Assembly: GCA_049290235.1 (NCBI GenBank)
Contig: JBATNG010000011.1
Location: 220 to 64,219, forward strand
DNA from: Candidatus Moraniibacteriota bacterium
Lineage (GTDB): Bacteria; Patescibacteriota; Minisyncoccia; Moranbacterales; UBA1568
DNA length: 64,000 bases
Reading direction: 5' to 3'
Shown: one piece after another, positions 6,047-15,898 of the stretch
Numbering within the stretch: the first letter of the stretch is position 1
Layout of the letters: each line of letters opens with the position of its first letter
Position numbers and translations under genes: made by a program
Notes under the pieces: model-generated
The model's input: the letters and a program-made list of their open reading frames with translations, nothing else
The model's database searches: none
What the model was told of the DNA's origin: nothing

Positions 6047-8662
6047 ATGGCTATCGAGAAAATCCGCCGCCGTGATGGAGAAGTCATTCCCTTTGATCGC
6101 AAGCGAATCGAACACGCGATCGAGCTTGCCTGTGATGCCATCGCTATCACTGACAAGACATTCATCCCAGCTGTGACGGATGCGGTTATCCAGGACATGG
6201 AGCGCATCTACGGCGAGATATTTGTGAACCGGGTGCCGACGGTCGAAGACGTCCAAGATATCGTCGAGCGTGAACTCGTGAAAGCCAACCACTTCGAACT
6301 TGCCAAGGCCTATATCCTCTACCGGCAAGAGCGCAAACAGGAACGTGAGGAGCGCCACGAACGACTCGTGCGGGAATTCGAAGAAAAGACGCTCAAGGTG
6401 ACCAAGTCGGATGGCTCCAAAGAATACTTCGACGTGAAAAAACTGCGCACCGTATTCGACCGCGCTGCAAAAGGGTACGAAGAGGAGTGTGGTTTCGAGG
6501 ATTTGATGGATTCGTTCAAGAAAAATCTCGTCGAAGACATCAAGACCTCGGATATCGAGAAACTGCTCGTCAAAACCTGTATCGATCTCGTCACGGTTGA
6601 AAACGTCGCCTGGCAAAATATCGCGGCGCGGCTCCTCCTCGGCGGTCTCTACAAGAAAGCAATCAAGAATCGTGGTTTGGCACAGAAGGACATCTACTCG
6701 GCCCCGGCTTACAAGGCTCACTTCGATGACTACATCAAGAAAGGGTTGTATTACAAGGATTTCTACCAGCACTACACGGCGGCAGACATCCTCGAAGCCG
6801 GCAAGCATCTCTCTCAGGAGTCAGATGAGGGCTATGAGTACACGACGATTGTGTCTTTCATCAAGCGCTACCTCCTCAATCCAAACAAGGCCGTCTATGA
6901 GCTTCCTCAGGAGATGTACATGACCGTCGCGCTTTTCCTCGCTATCCCCGAAGCGAAGGAAAATCGGCTCGCGCTGGCACTGAAGATCTATGAGCACTGT
7001 TCCAAACAGCGCATCTCGCTCCCGACACCGACACTTCTCAACGCTCGGACGAATTACCATCAACTTTCCAGCTGCTTCAAGATCAATGTCGATGATGATT
7101 TGCGCGGCATCTACCACGCGGTGGAGAACATGGCGCAAATCTCGAAATTCGGCGGCGGCGTCGGCGTCTATCTCGGTAATATCCGAGCCCGAGGCGGCGC
7201 CATCCGTGGCGTGAAGGGGATGTCGGGCGGTGTCAATCCATGGATCAAGGTCATCAACGACACGGCCGTCGCTGTGAATCAACTCGGCAGTCGGCTCGGA
7301 GCAATCTCGGTCACACTCGATTTCTGGCATCTCGATATCTATGACTTCCTCGACCTGCAGACGGAAACGGGCGATATCCGCTCAAAGGCATTCGATATCT
7401 TCCCCGCGGTTTCGGTGCCGGATATCTTCATGCGCCGCCTCCGCGACGGGCAAAGTTGGACTCTCTTCGATCCGAATGAGATCAAAAAACTCTATGGGAA
7501 ATCGCTCCAAGATCACTTCGGGAAAGAGTTCGACCATTTCTATGAAGAGTTGGAACGCGATGAACGTCTCACGATGAAGAAATCGGTTGACGCCAAAGAG
7601 CTCTTCAAGAAATTCCTGAAGACAACGGTGGAAACCGGTATGCCATATGTTTTCTTCCGGGATACCGTGAACCGACTCAACCCAAACAAACACGCCGGCA
7701 ACATCTACTCGACCCAGCTCTGCACCGAAATCTGCCAGAACACATCCGCCTCGAAATTTATCGAGGAGACGATCGAAGATGGCAAGATCGTCCTCCGCTA
7801 CGAGCCGGGCGACCTCGTCGTCTGCAACCTGGCCTCTATCAATGTCGCGACGGTCCATGAGCCGGCCGTTATCGCTGATACGTTCCCTGTCCTCATGCGT
7901 ATCCTCGACAATGTCATCACCCTCAACTTCTATCCCATCAAGGAAGCCGAGCGGACCGCCAAGCGCTATCGGTCTGTCGGAGTGGGGTATCTCGGGCTCG
8001 CCGAATACCTCGCCACACGGAAAATCGCCTACGATTCTGAAGAAGCCCGCCTGGAAGTCGATCGGCTCTTCGAGCGGTATGCGTTCCACACCTATCGGGC
8101 TTCCGTCGACCTTGCCAAAGAGCGTGGTGCTTATGAACTCTATCCGGGGAGCGAGTACTCGAAAGGCATACTGCTCGGTCGCGATCTCGCCTGGTATGAG
8201 AAGAACACCCCGTTTGCAGCCGAATGGCGCCAGCTTTTCACCGATATGAAAGCGACCGGGGTGCGCTTCGCCTATCACACTGCTCCCGCCCCCAATACCT
8301 CGACTGCTGGTGTCGTCGGCACCACCGCCGCACTCCTCCCGATCTACAAGCGCTACTTCGTCGAGACCAATCTCTCCGCTCCGACGATCCGTGTCGCCCC
8401 CAAGCTCTCCAAGGACAATTTCTGGTTCTACAAGGAGTATATCCACATGGACATGGCCGAGGTCATCAGCATGATCGCAGTCATCTACAAGTGGGTCGAC
8501 CAGTCCATCAGCTTCGAGTGGATGATCGATCCGGAACGCGTCAGTCCGGCCCAACTCTATGGCTACTATCAGCAGGCTTGGGAGAAAGAAATCAAAACCG
8601 TCTACTATGTCCGCAGCCTCTCAGGAGAAGTGAAGGATGGCTGTGTCAGCTGCTCAGGATAA
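6047..8662 (+). CDS. nrdA: class I ribonucleoside-diphosphate reductase alpha subunit with N-terminal ATP-cone
   Basis: ATP-cone MAIEKIRRRDGEVIPFDRKRIEHAIELA; large catalytic barrel; C-terminal redox pair CVSCSG; immediately followed by the R2 gene. Confidence 0.85.
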   Translation: MAIEKIRRRDGEVIPFDRKRIEHAIELACDAIAITDKTFIPAVTDAVIQDMERIYGEIFVNRVPTVEDVQDIVERELVKANHFELAKAYILYRQERKQEREERHERLVREFEEKTLKVTKSDGSKEYFDVKKLRTVFDRAAKGYEEECGFEDLMDSFKKNLVEDIKTSDIEKLLVKTCIDLVTVENVAWQNIAARLLLGGLYKKAIKNRGLAQKDIYSAPAYKAHFDDYIKKGLYYKDFYQHYTAADILEAGKHLSQESDEGYEYTTIVSFIKRYLLNPNKAVYELPQEMYMTVALFLAIPEAKENRLALALKIYEHCSKQRISLPTPTLLNARTNYHQLSSCFKINVDDDLRGIYHAVENMAQISKFGGGVGVYLGNIRARGGAIRGVKGMSGGVNPWIKVINDTAVAVNQLGSRLGAISVTLDFWHLDIYDFLDLQTETGDIRSKAFDIFPAVSVPDIFMRRLRDGQSWTLFDPNEIKKLYGKSLQDHFGKEFDHFYEELERDERLTMKKSVDAKELFKKFLKTTVETGMPYVFFRDTVNRLNPNKHAGNIYSTQLCTEICQNTSASKFIEETIEDGKIVLRYEPGDLVVCNLASINVATVHEPAVIADTFPVLMRILDNVITLNFYPIKEAERTAKRYRSVGVGYLGLAEYLATRKIAYDSEEARLEVDRLFERYAFHTYRASVDLAKERGAYELYPGSEYSKGILLGRDLAWYEKNTPFAAEWRQLFTDMKATGVRFAYHTAPAPNTSTAGVVGTTAALLPIYKRYFVETNLSAPTIRVAPKLSKDNFWFYKEYIHMDMAEVISMIAVIYKWVDQSISFEWMIDPERVSPAQLYGYYQQAWEKEIKTVYYVRSLSGEVKDGCVSCSG

Positions 8663-8763
8663 TTTAGCCAGCGACCCACAACCCACGACCGACAACGAGC
8701 GACATATTTTTATCCTATTGTTGGTTTCGTGTTGTAGGTTATAAGTTATAAGTTATAACAACT

Positions 8764-9807
8764 ATGATCGAGACACTGCAGCGTAATCCGCTCTTCAATC
8801 CCGAGGGGGACGATACCGTCGAACACCGTTCAATCATCAAGGGTGCGACGACCGGGCTCTTCAATCTGAATGCGGTCAAGTACCCCTGGGCGAAGTCACT
8901 CTACCAAGTCATGGTCGGCAATTTCTGGGTACCCGAGAAAGTGTCGGGGCTGAAAGACGACGCTCGCACCTTTCACAGCGAGCTCACCCCGGAGGAACAA
9001 CGGGCCTACAAGGGTATTATCTCCTTCCTCACCTTCCTCGATTCGATTCAGACCGTCAATCTGCCGCACTTCTCAGACTATGTCACCTCGCCCGAAGTCA
9101 ATCTCATCCTCTCCATTCAGACGTATCAGGAGGCCATTCACTCCCAATCCTATGCCACTATCCTCGAAACCGTCGTAGACTCGAAGGAGCGCGATGAGAT
9201 CTATTATTTCTGGCGCACTGATAAGGTTCTCTTGGAGCGCAACCGCTACATCGGACAAATCTACCAAGACTTCATCGATACTCCAACCGATCAGACTTTC
9301 TTCCGCGGCATCGTGGCGAACTTCCTCCTCGAATCCCTCTACTTCTACAACGGTTTCGCTTTCTTCGACACGCTCGTCGACCACATGAAGATGCTCGCGA
9401 CCGGCCGGATGATCGCCTATATCCGGCGTGACGAATTGACTCACGTCACCATCTTTGCCAATCTCATCCGCGAGATCCGCAAGGAATTCCCCGCCCTCTA
9501 CGACGAAGCCCTGCTCAAGGAGATGATGACGGAAGCTGTCCGACAGGAAATCGACTGGTCGAAACACATCCTCGGCAACCGGATTCCCGGCATCAATGGC
9601 GAAACCACCGAGGGCTACACCCAGTGGCTGGCGAATAACCGCCTGGCCATGCTCAATATCGATCCCTTGTACCCTGAGGCAGTCGTAAATCCCTACAAGC
9701 ATCTCGACCGGCTCCAGGACCCAAATGCCGACAAGGGGAACTTCTTCGAGACGACGGTTGTTAACTATACCCAGTCCACGAGCATGAATGGCAGCTGGGA
9801 CTTCTAG
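8764..9807 (+). CDS. nrdB: class I ribonucleotide reductase beta (R2) subunit, ferritin-like di-iron protein
   Basis: EAIHSQSY iron-ligand motif, FYFYNGFAFF region, ELTHV second ligand helix; operonic with nrdA. Confidence 0.85.
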   Translation: MIETLQRNPLFNPEGDDTVEHRSIIKGATTGLFNLNAVKYPWAKSLYQVMVGNFWVPEKVSGLKDDARTFHSELTPEEQRAYKGIISFLTFLDSIQTVNLPHFSDYVTSPEVNLILSIQTYQEAIHSQSYATILETVVDSKERDEIYYFWRTDKVLLERNRYIGQIYQDFIDTPTDQTFFRGIVANFLLESLYFYNGFAFFDTLVDHMKMLATGRMIAYIRRDELTHVTIFANLIREIRKEFPALYDEALLKEMMTEAVRQEIDWSKHILGNRIPGINGETTEGYTQWLANNRLAMLNIDPLYPEAVVNPYKHLDRLQDPNADKGNFFETTVVNYTQSTSMNGSWDF

Positions 9808-9832
9808 AGCCCCGTCCGTCTTGAGCCTTTCA

Positions 9833-9863
9833 GCCCGCTTCCAAGAAGTGGGCTTTCTGTTTC
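9833..9863 (+). terminator. rho-independent terminator after nrdB
   Basis: hairpin agcccgctt-ccaagaa-gtgggct followed by ttctgtttct. Confidence 0.5.
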
Positions 9864-9904
9864 TCCCCGAAAAGCGTGTATAATGAGGAGGAGAAGAAAA
9901 ACCT

Positions 9905-11374
9905 ATGAAAAAAAGTTTCGCTATTTTCGTTTTTAGTTTCGTGATTGCCCTTGTGCTCTCATATGCCACCACCGAAACCGCAGCTGCAGCCGTTGCCGGA
10001 GAGCAATGCGTGAGCGGTGGTGGTATGGGCATGTCAGAGCGAGCTGGGACCTGTCGACCCAACTCTGGCAATGGCACCTTCTGCCAACCAAATGAGGATG
10101 AAGCCGGTATAGGTAACTGCATTGATAGAAGTAGTGGGATGGCTTTGCGTTGTTGCGCCTTGCAACCTTCGGCAAATGCCTGTAGCAGCAGTAGCAATAA
10201 TGGAATCTGTGTCGCAGCCGATTATTGTACCAGCCGCGTCGCAGGCAATCCGTCCTGCCTGCCAAGTACAACAGAGATCTGCTGCATCCGCAGCGCTGTC
10301 AGACCGCCCAATACGACCCCAACCAGCGGATCAGGAATGCTGATCGAAACGAATATCTGTACGAGTAATGGCGGGTCATGTGACTCGAGTTGTTGGACTG
10401 CCACGCACCAGATTACCGTCGGCACGTGCCGCACCGGCGGAGAGTGCTGTGCTCGAACTGCTGCGGTCGCTGCCGCCATAAATACAGCTAACGTGAACAC
10501 TACTATCTCAGATCCCGTGCTCCGAGCACAGGCGCTCGCGGCTGTCGATCGAGGTGTCGGCAATCTGTCAACCGTATTCGGTGCCAATATGGGGAATTAC
10601 CAGCTGCTGGAACAAATCCCCGGGTCGAGCGAGACGGTAGGACGGCTCGATACCTATCTGCGCGACATCTACATCTTTGCCTTTTGGGCGGTCGGCATTG
10701 CTGTCGTCTTCATGCTCACGATCGGTGGCTTCATGTACCTGACCTCGGCCGGCAACACCTCGCGGATGGAGAGTGCCAAGACGGTCATCTTTGACGCGAT
10801 CCTTGGTCTCGTCCTCGCCCTCGTCGCCTGGCTCTTCCTCTATGTGATCAATCCGGACCTGGTGAATCTCAACTTGCGGGCGGTTTCCATCACCCCGATT
10901 TCTTCGACCGCCGCTCCAGCAGCCACGACACCGACTCCAGGTGTTCCGACTACCCCATCAACAGGAGCCACTGGATGTGGGGGACTTGCGACTCGCGGCA
11001 TATCTCCTAGCCAATGCGGGGACGCCTCTCCGCAGTTGTCTGATTTGTTGGCCTGCATACAAAGCCGTTATCCAAGTGCACAAGTAAACAGCATCTCGGA
11101 TTCAGCTGGTTTCAGCCAATGCAAAAATAACTGGACAGATCCTGTTTGTGCGCATGGTCGAACATCATGTCACTATGGCGGAGGAAGCTCTAAGACTGCC
11201 CCGGAGTGCCAAAGATCCCATGGTGCTGACTTGAGTACTCGGAATGCCAGTGGAGGGGTTGATGGAAATATCGCGACGGCCATCATGGCTGCCGCTCAAG
11301 CCTGCGGCGGGAGAGTGAATAATGAAGGGGATCATATCCATGTGAGTACGCAGACAAGTTGCTGCACCCTATAG
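9905..11374 (+). CDS. secreted cysteine-rich protein with T4SS-pilin (TrbC/VirB2)-like double-TM core, Pro/Thr-rich linker and C-terminal peptidase M15 (VanY/DD-carboxypeptidase)-like domain
   Basis: signal peptide MKKSFAIFVFSFVIALVLSYA; ~40 Cys in the first 190 aa; two hydrophobic helices flanking MYLTSAGNTSRMESAK (pilin-like); PAATTPTPGVPTTPSTGATG linker; C-terminal SHGADLS ... DHIHVS resembles M15 Zn-peptidase S-x-H-x-x-G-x-A-x-D and D-x-x-H-x-H motifs; own TATAAT promoter and GGAGGAG RBS upstream. Confidence 0.5.
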   Translation: MKKSFAIFVFSFVIALVLSYATTETAAAAVAGEQCVSGGGMGMSERAGTCRPNSGNGTFCQPNEDEAGIGNCIDRSSGMALRCCALQPSANACSSSSNNGICVAADYCTSRVAGNPSCLPSTTEICCIRSAVRPPNTTPTSGSGMLIETNICTSNGGSCDSSCWTATHQITVGTCRTGGECCARTAAVAAAINTANVNTTISDPVLRAQALAAVDRGVGNLSTVFGANMGNYQLLEQIPGSSETVGRLDTYLRDIYIFAFWAVGIAVVFMLTIGGFMYLTSAGNTSRMESAKTVIFDAILGLVLALVAWLFLYVINPDLVNLNLRAVSITPISSTAAPAATTPTPGVPTTPSTGATGCGGLATRGISPSQCGDASPQLSDLLACIQSRYPSAQVNSISDSAGFSQCKNNWTDPVCAHGRTSCHYGGGSSKTAPECQRSHGADLSTRNASGGVDGNIATAIMAAAQACGGRVNNEGDHIHVSTQTSCCTL

Positions 11375-11396
11375 ACATTGATCCCGTTAGTCATTT

Positions 11397-12551
11397 TTGA
11401 GATTTTTCGTGAAAAAGCTGTTCATCATTTCTGGCTCATTCTTTCTTCTCGTCCTCGTTTTCCTCGTGGTGTACAATTTCGCATTCAAACACAATACGTC
11501 CGATCCGGTCGCGGACCCAGTAAAGAAAGAAGCCGTGGAGAAAAAACGTGAGGCTGAAGCCGAGACCGTCACACGCTCGGTCGCGTTCCAACAGATCATC
11601 CCCGAGAGCGTCCTTCAGCCAGTGGCCGGAGAAAACAGCCTGTTCTACTATTCCGCCCGCGATCAGGCGTTGAAGGAAGCCAGCCTCGATGGCAAAGATC
11701 CCGCCGTGCGACTCGGGCAGCTGCCAGGGGCCCCGACGCGTATCGTCTGGTCACCGAACCGCACCAAGGCGATGCTCCTCATCAAAGGAAGTGACGGTGA
11801 CTTGTGGTACTATGCTGATCTCCGCAATCAGATCACCACTCCCCTGAAGAGAGAGATGTCACGGCTCACCTGGACCAGTCTCGGTGACCGGATTTATTAC
11901 CAGTTTACCGATCCAGTCAGTGGCCTGCGATCGCTCAATATCTCGCAACCGGACGGTTCGAATTGGAAAAAACTCACTGATCTCGGTACCGAGGACCATT
12001 TTCTGAGCGCCATCCCTCAGTCGAGTGTCGTCGCGGTGTGGCCCAAGACGGATGGAAACCGTGAGAGTGCGCTCGAGGTCATCAATATCAATGGTGAGAA
12101 CCGCCACACCATTCTCGCTGGACGTTTCGGAGCGGATTTCCTCTGGTCACCGGACGGCCAGCGGATATTGGTGCAGAGTGTGACCGAACGGGGCGGACAT
12201 ACGCTCGCACTCGGGCTAGTGGATGCAAGCGGAAGCGGCTACCGGAACTTGCTTTCTCCGACCCTCGTGTCAAAAGTTGCCTGGTCGAAAGACCACGAGA
12301 CATTTTACTATGCGCTCCCCGGAGCCTTTCCCGCCGAAGCCGTCCTTCCGAACGACTACTTTGCCAAGCCGCTCTACAGCACCGATACTTTTTGGAAAAT
12401 GAATATCCGAACCGGTAAGAAAGAACGCCTGGTGCCGCTCGACGAAATGACCGAGGCCTTTGATGCGACCGATCTCTTTCTCGCCCCGACTGAAACGGAC
12501 CTGTACTTCACCGATCGCGTTTCAGGTAAGCTCTATCGTATTACGCTCTAG
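11397..12551 (+). CDS. N-terminally membrane-anchored beta-propeller protein (TolB/WD40-like repeats)
   Basis: single N-terminal TM helix, then repeated W/Y-containing blades (VWSPNRTKAMLL, LWSPDGQRILV, VAWSKDHETFYY). Confidence 0.5.
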   Translation: MRFFVKKLFIISGSFFLLVLVFLVVYNFAFKHNTSDPVADPVKKEAVEKKREAEAETVTRSVAFQQIIPESVLQPVAGENSLFYYSARDQALKEASLDGKDPAVRLGQLPGAPTRIVWSPNRTKAMLLIKGSDGDLWYYADLRNQITTPLKREMSRLTWTSLGDRIYYQFTDPVSGLRSLNISQPDGSNWKKLTDLGTEDHFLSAIPQSSVVAVWPKTDGNRESALEVININGENRHTILAGRFGADFLWSPDGQRILVQSVTERGGHTLALGLVDASGSGYRNLLSPTLVSKVAWSKDHETFYYALPGAFPAEAVLPNDYFAKPLYSTDTFWKMNIRTGKKERLVPLDEMTEAFDATDLFLAPTETDLYFTDRVSGKLYRITL

Positions 12552-13805
12552 TCGAAGAGCTCCTGCGAGAAACCCGAGCGATCCCCACACGGCCAAAGCA
12601 AGGTCGTTTTTCATATAGGGCGTATCAACCAAACCATAGGTGAGGTAGAACACGATAAGTGCCCCTCCCAGCGCCCCACACCAAGGCATCGACGCTCGTC
12701 CCCCCAGCTGCCATGACCGCCACGCGGCGATCGCCACGATCACGACACAACCGAGCCAGCCGCCGAGAGTGAGGAGCCCGCCTTCGATCAGGAAGTGGAG
12801 GTACAGATTGTGTGGCGTTGGCACCGCCCATTCGAGGTACGGCGGAAAAAAGCGCTGATAGTCGAGATATCTCTCTTGGAAATGACCCATCCCGATGCCC
12901 CAAGGGAAAGAATCAGTGGCGATTTTCGAGGCCGCCTGCCAGATCATGACACGCGATGCGAGCGAAGACCGTTCGCTCCCGGAGACGAGTGACTCCCACT
13001 TCGCTGACCCGCTTTCGTGCGCGATCACTCCCCCGACCAGTCCAGCGATACCGAGACCGACGCACAGCATCATGCGAAATGATACTGATGGCCGGCGGAG
13101 CCAGAAGAACACCGCCGCCGCGACTCCTATGGATAGCCAGGCAGCATACGAATGAGTCGCCCACAACACGAGCGTGATGAGGATCAAACAGGAGACGCTC
13201 AGGGAACGGATACTCCCCCTCGTCCGGGACCGAAAGAAATACAACGAGAGGAGTATCCCCGGGGCCACCAGCATCGCCAGGTAGTTCGGTGATTGATACA
13301 GTCCAGCGAGCCGTCCATCATACAGCCACCAACCCGAGAGAGCCGCCCCGAGCGCGGCGATAGCGGCCGCCACGATACCGAGAAGCCAGGCGAGGGCGAG
13401 GCGCTCGAGCTCCCACTGTGTCTCGACCAAGACCAAGATCGCGACCAGCAACCCAACCGGGAGGAGGGCGAAGCTCTTTATTTCTCCCCAGTCGGAAACC
13501 GTGTGCGGATTGAGAAAAAACGCGGTCAAAGTCCCAACCAGGAAAAGGAGGGCAAAGAGGAGGAGTGGCCACTCTTCACGAAGAGTCTCGGCGAGTCGGT
13601 CGCTCAGTCGGGTCCAGCCTATGAGTGGGGCCGTGATGAGTGCTCCGAGGAACGCTGCCTCAGACCAATACAGCGGCAACCCAAAAACCGAAAGCTGCGC
13701 CACCGGGAAGAAGATAAACGCCACGCCGAGAAAAAACTGTGGGATAACGGCGAACCCGCCCTGAAACCCAGACTCCCGAAGAGGCACCCGCGTCGTGATA
13801 CTCAT
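12522..13805 (-). CDS. O-antigen ligase / polymerase-like (WaaL/Wzy family) polytopic membrane protein
   Basis: ~12 TM helices with a large periplasmic loop, Wzy_C-like region; in glycan cluster. Confidence 0.6.
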   Translation of the reverse strand: MSITTRVPLRESGFQGGFAVIPQFFLGVAFIFFPVAQLSVFGLPLYWSEAAFLGALITAPLIGWTRLSDRLAETLREEWPLLLFALLFLVGTLTAFFLNPHTVSDWGEIKSFALLPVGLLVAILVLVETQWELERLALAWLLGIVAAAIAALGAALSGWWLYDGRLAGLYQSPNYLAMLVAPGILLSLYFFRSRTRGSIRSLSVSCLILITLVLWATHSYAAWLSIGVAAAVFFWLRRPSVSFRMMLCVGLGIAGLVGGVIAHESGSAKWESLVSGSERSSLASRVMIWQAASKIATDSFPWGIGMGHFQERYLDYQRFFPPYLEWAVPTPHNLYLHFLIEGGLLTLGGWLGCVVIVAIAAWRSWQLGGRASMPWCGALGGALIVFYLTYGLVDTPYMKNDLALAVWGSLGFLAGALRLERNTIELT

Positions 13806-13817
13806 ACTCCTATTCTA

Positions 13818-15092
13818 TCAGGCTGACGTATCTCCCGGTCGGCTGAGAGACAATGCCAGAGTCAATGAAAAGACGAGCATCAGCGTGACATGGAGTGAGT
13901 AAAGCGCCGTCTCGAAGAGAGAATGGGTCAGATACAGGACGAGGACTGCCACGAGGGCGGGGGCGAACGGAGCGTGATGCCTCGCCCGAAACGCCTGGCC
14001 AAGTGCATACAGGCAGAGAGTAAGGAATATGAGAAGGCCGAACAAGCCGATTTCAAGCGCAATGTCGAAATACAGGTTATGTGCATAGAACGGGGTGCCC
14101 GTTGCATAGAGTGGGCGAGCAACCACGATGTAATTCCCTAGGCCGACACCTAATACCGGATGTTGGACGATAGCCGTCAGTGCTTCCTGCCAGAGGCGGA
14201 TACGCTCTAGGCTCGATGCGTCCGCGAATGAAAAGCTCGTGATCATCCGGCTCCAGACTGACTGTCCGAAGGTCAAGAGGACGAGGACACCGCAAAGAAC
14301 TGCCCCGCCGAGTCTGAGGCGATTCGTACTGGACAGTGTCGGGACAAGCATCATTCCATAAACGACTCCTCCTGCGAGGAGGCCGATGTACCCGCCACGC
14401 GAAAAGGTCAGGATGTCCGCTAGAAAAATTACAGCTGCAGCGAAGACATAGCGCCGCTGACCAGTCTGTCGAGCCAAACCGAGCGCGAGGAAGCCACCCA
14501 TCCCGAAGCAATACGCTGCAACATGTGGGTCAGGGAAAAAAGCCGACACCCGCAACACGGTCGCGCCGTCGATATTCACCAGGAGACTCGGATAACTCGC
14601 AACGAGAGCGCTCAATTCTCGGCCGAGAAAAAACGGGAGTACGCGATCGACCACGACGTGAAATGTCTCGCCCACGCCGAAGACAAACTGGGCGAAAAAA
14701 ATCATCAGCCCAAGCGATGCAGCTCCCACCACCCCCCATAGCAGGCCGCGAGTGAGGAGAAACTGGACCCCTTTCCCTTCCTGAAAACACGCGTACCAGA
14801 CGAAAACGAGCGGGAAGAGATTCCAGAGTAGCGCGACCTTTGGAAGAGCGAGATCAGGCCGCGCCGCCCAGAGACAAGAAGCGAGCGCTATCCCGAGCAG
14901 TGAGAGGAGGGTGCCCGTCATGAAGGGGGCGGGCAACGGCCAACACCGTCTGGACAATACGCTGATCAGGAATACAACACCTATCAGTGCGGCGGCGATA
15001 CGAGCGAACGGGACATCGCCGAGCACACCGAGGGGCAGGGCGAACTGGAACGGGAGGGTCGCCAGGAGAACGAGAGAGAGGAAATAGACCAT
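13818..15092 (-). CDS. second O-antigen ligase / polymerase-like membrane protein (paralogue)
   Basis: same topology class as the upstream gene; adjacent, same strand. Confidence 0.6.
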   Translation of the reverse strand: MVYFLSLVLLATLPFQFALPLGVLGDVPFARIAAALIGVVFLISVLSRRCWPLPAPFMTGTLLSLLGIALASCLWAARPDLALPKVALLWNLFPLVFVWYACFQEGKGVQFLLTRGLLWGVVGAASLGLMIFFAQFVFGVGETFHVVVDRVLPFFLGRELSALVASYPSLLVNIDGATVLRVSAFFPDPHVAAYCFGMGGFLALGLARQTGQRRYVFAAAVIFLADILTFSRGGYIGLLAGGVVYGMMLVPTLSSTNRLRLGGAVLCGVLVLLTFGQSVWSRMITSFSFADASSLERIRLWQEALTAIVQHPVLGVGLGNYIVVARPLYATGTPFYAHNLYFDIALEIGLFGLLIFLTLCLYALGQAFRARHHAPFAPALVAVLVLYLTHSLFETALYSLHVTLMLVFSLTLALSLSRPGDTSA

Positions 15093-15103
15093 ACCGAAAA
15101 ATG

Positions 15104-15898
15104 TCAGAAAGTATCTGCCAGTTTGTGAGCCGCGGCGAGCAACCGTCGTTCATACCCCGGCCGCCAGCGCTCGAAATACCGCCTCTGTCCCGCATAGTAG
15201 GCCGATTTTTTGGCTTTCTGACTGCCGTGGCTCTGGCCACCCGCATGCCGGAAAACGATAAAAGGGTACACTCCCACCCACGCCCCCTGGAGAGTGGCTC
15301 GCCGGGCGAGATCGACATCTTCGAAATAGAGGAAGAAAGTCGGATCGAAACCGCCCAAAGACAAGAAATAATCGCGCCGAATCGCACAGGCTGCACCCGA
15401 CACCCAATCCGTCCTCGTTACGGTTGTCGCTCGCCATGGCTGACTGAGGAACATCGGGATGATATTACTTATGCAGACGCGCCAGAGACCCGGAAATCGA
15501 CCCGCACTCCAACATTCCCGGCGGCCGTCAGATTGCATCAAAGCCATGCCATAAATCGCTCTCGGGCGGAATTCAAAGGCTTTGATGAGGCTAGGGAAAT
15601 GACCCCCGAGGAGCTCTGTGTCCGGGTTGATAAAAAAGAGGATGTCCCCGGTCGCCAGCTGCCCGCCGAAATTGTTCGCCACGCCAAAACCGAGATTGCA
15701 CTCTTGATGGGCAACTCGCAGGCCTGGAGCATGGGCTGCCAGCCGTTCCAGAGCCTCTCGCTCACGCAAATCATTATTGATGACGATATATTCAGCGTTT
15801 ATCTGAGTATCCACGACAGCCCGAAGTGAGGCGAGTGATGACCTGAGGAGATCGGCACTCTGGTAATTCACGAAGATGAAGGAGATCGCTGGATTCAT
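15104..15898 (-). CDS. family 2 glycosyltransferase
   Basis: ISFIFVNYQSADLLRSSLASL N-terminus, DxD-containing GT-A fold features. Confidence 0.75.
   Translation of the reverse strand: MNPAISFIFVNYQSADLLRSSLASLRAVVDTQINAEYIVINNDLREREALERLAAHAPGLRVAHQECNLGFGVANNFGGQLATGDILFFINPDTELLGGHFPSLIKAFEFRPRAIYGMALMQSDGRRECWSAGRFPGLWRVCISNIIPMFLSQPWRATTVTRTDWVSGAACAIRRDYFLSLGGFDPTFFLYFEDVDLARRATLQGAWVGVYPFIVFRHAGGQSHGSQKAKKSAYYAGQRRYFERWRPGYERRLLAAAHKLADTF

Noticed and set aside
7382-8554. 390-aa ORF antisense to nrdA
   Set aside because: Lies entirely inside the well-supported RNR alpha gene on the opposite strand; Asp/Gly/Arg-rich translation typical of GC-driven antisense ORFs.
9073-10197. 374-aa ORF spanning nrdB 3' end and the Cys-rich gene on the minus strand
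   Set aside because: Overlaps two supported plus-strand genes and the intervening terminator/promoter; spurious.
13293-13826. 177-aa ORF antisense within O-antigen-ligase-like gene
   Set aside because: Embedded in a 12-TM gene on the other strand; low-complexity charged translation.
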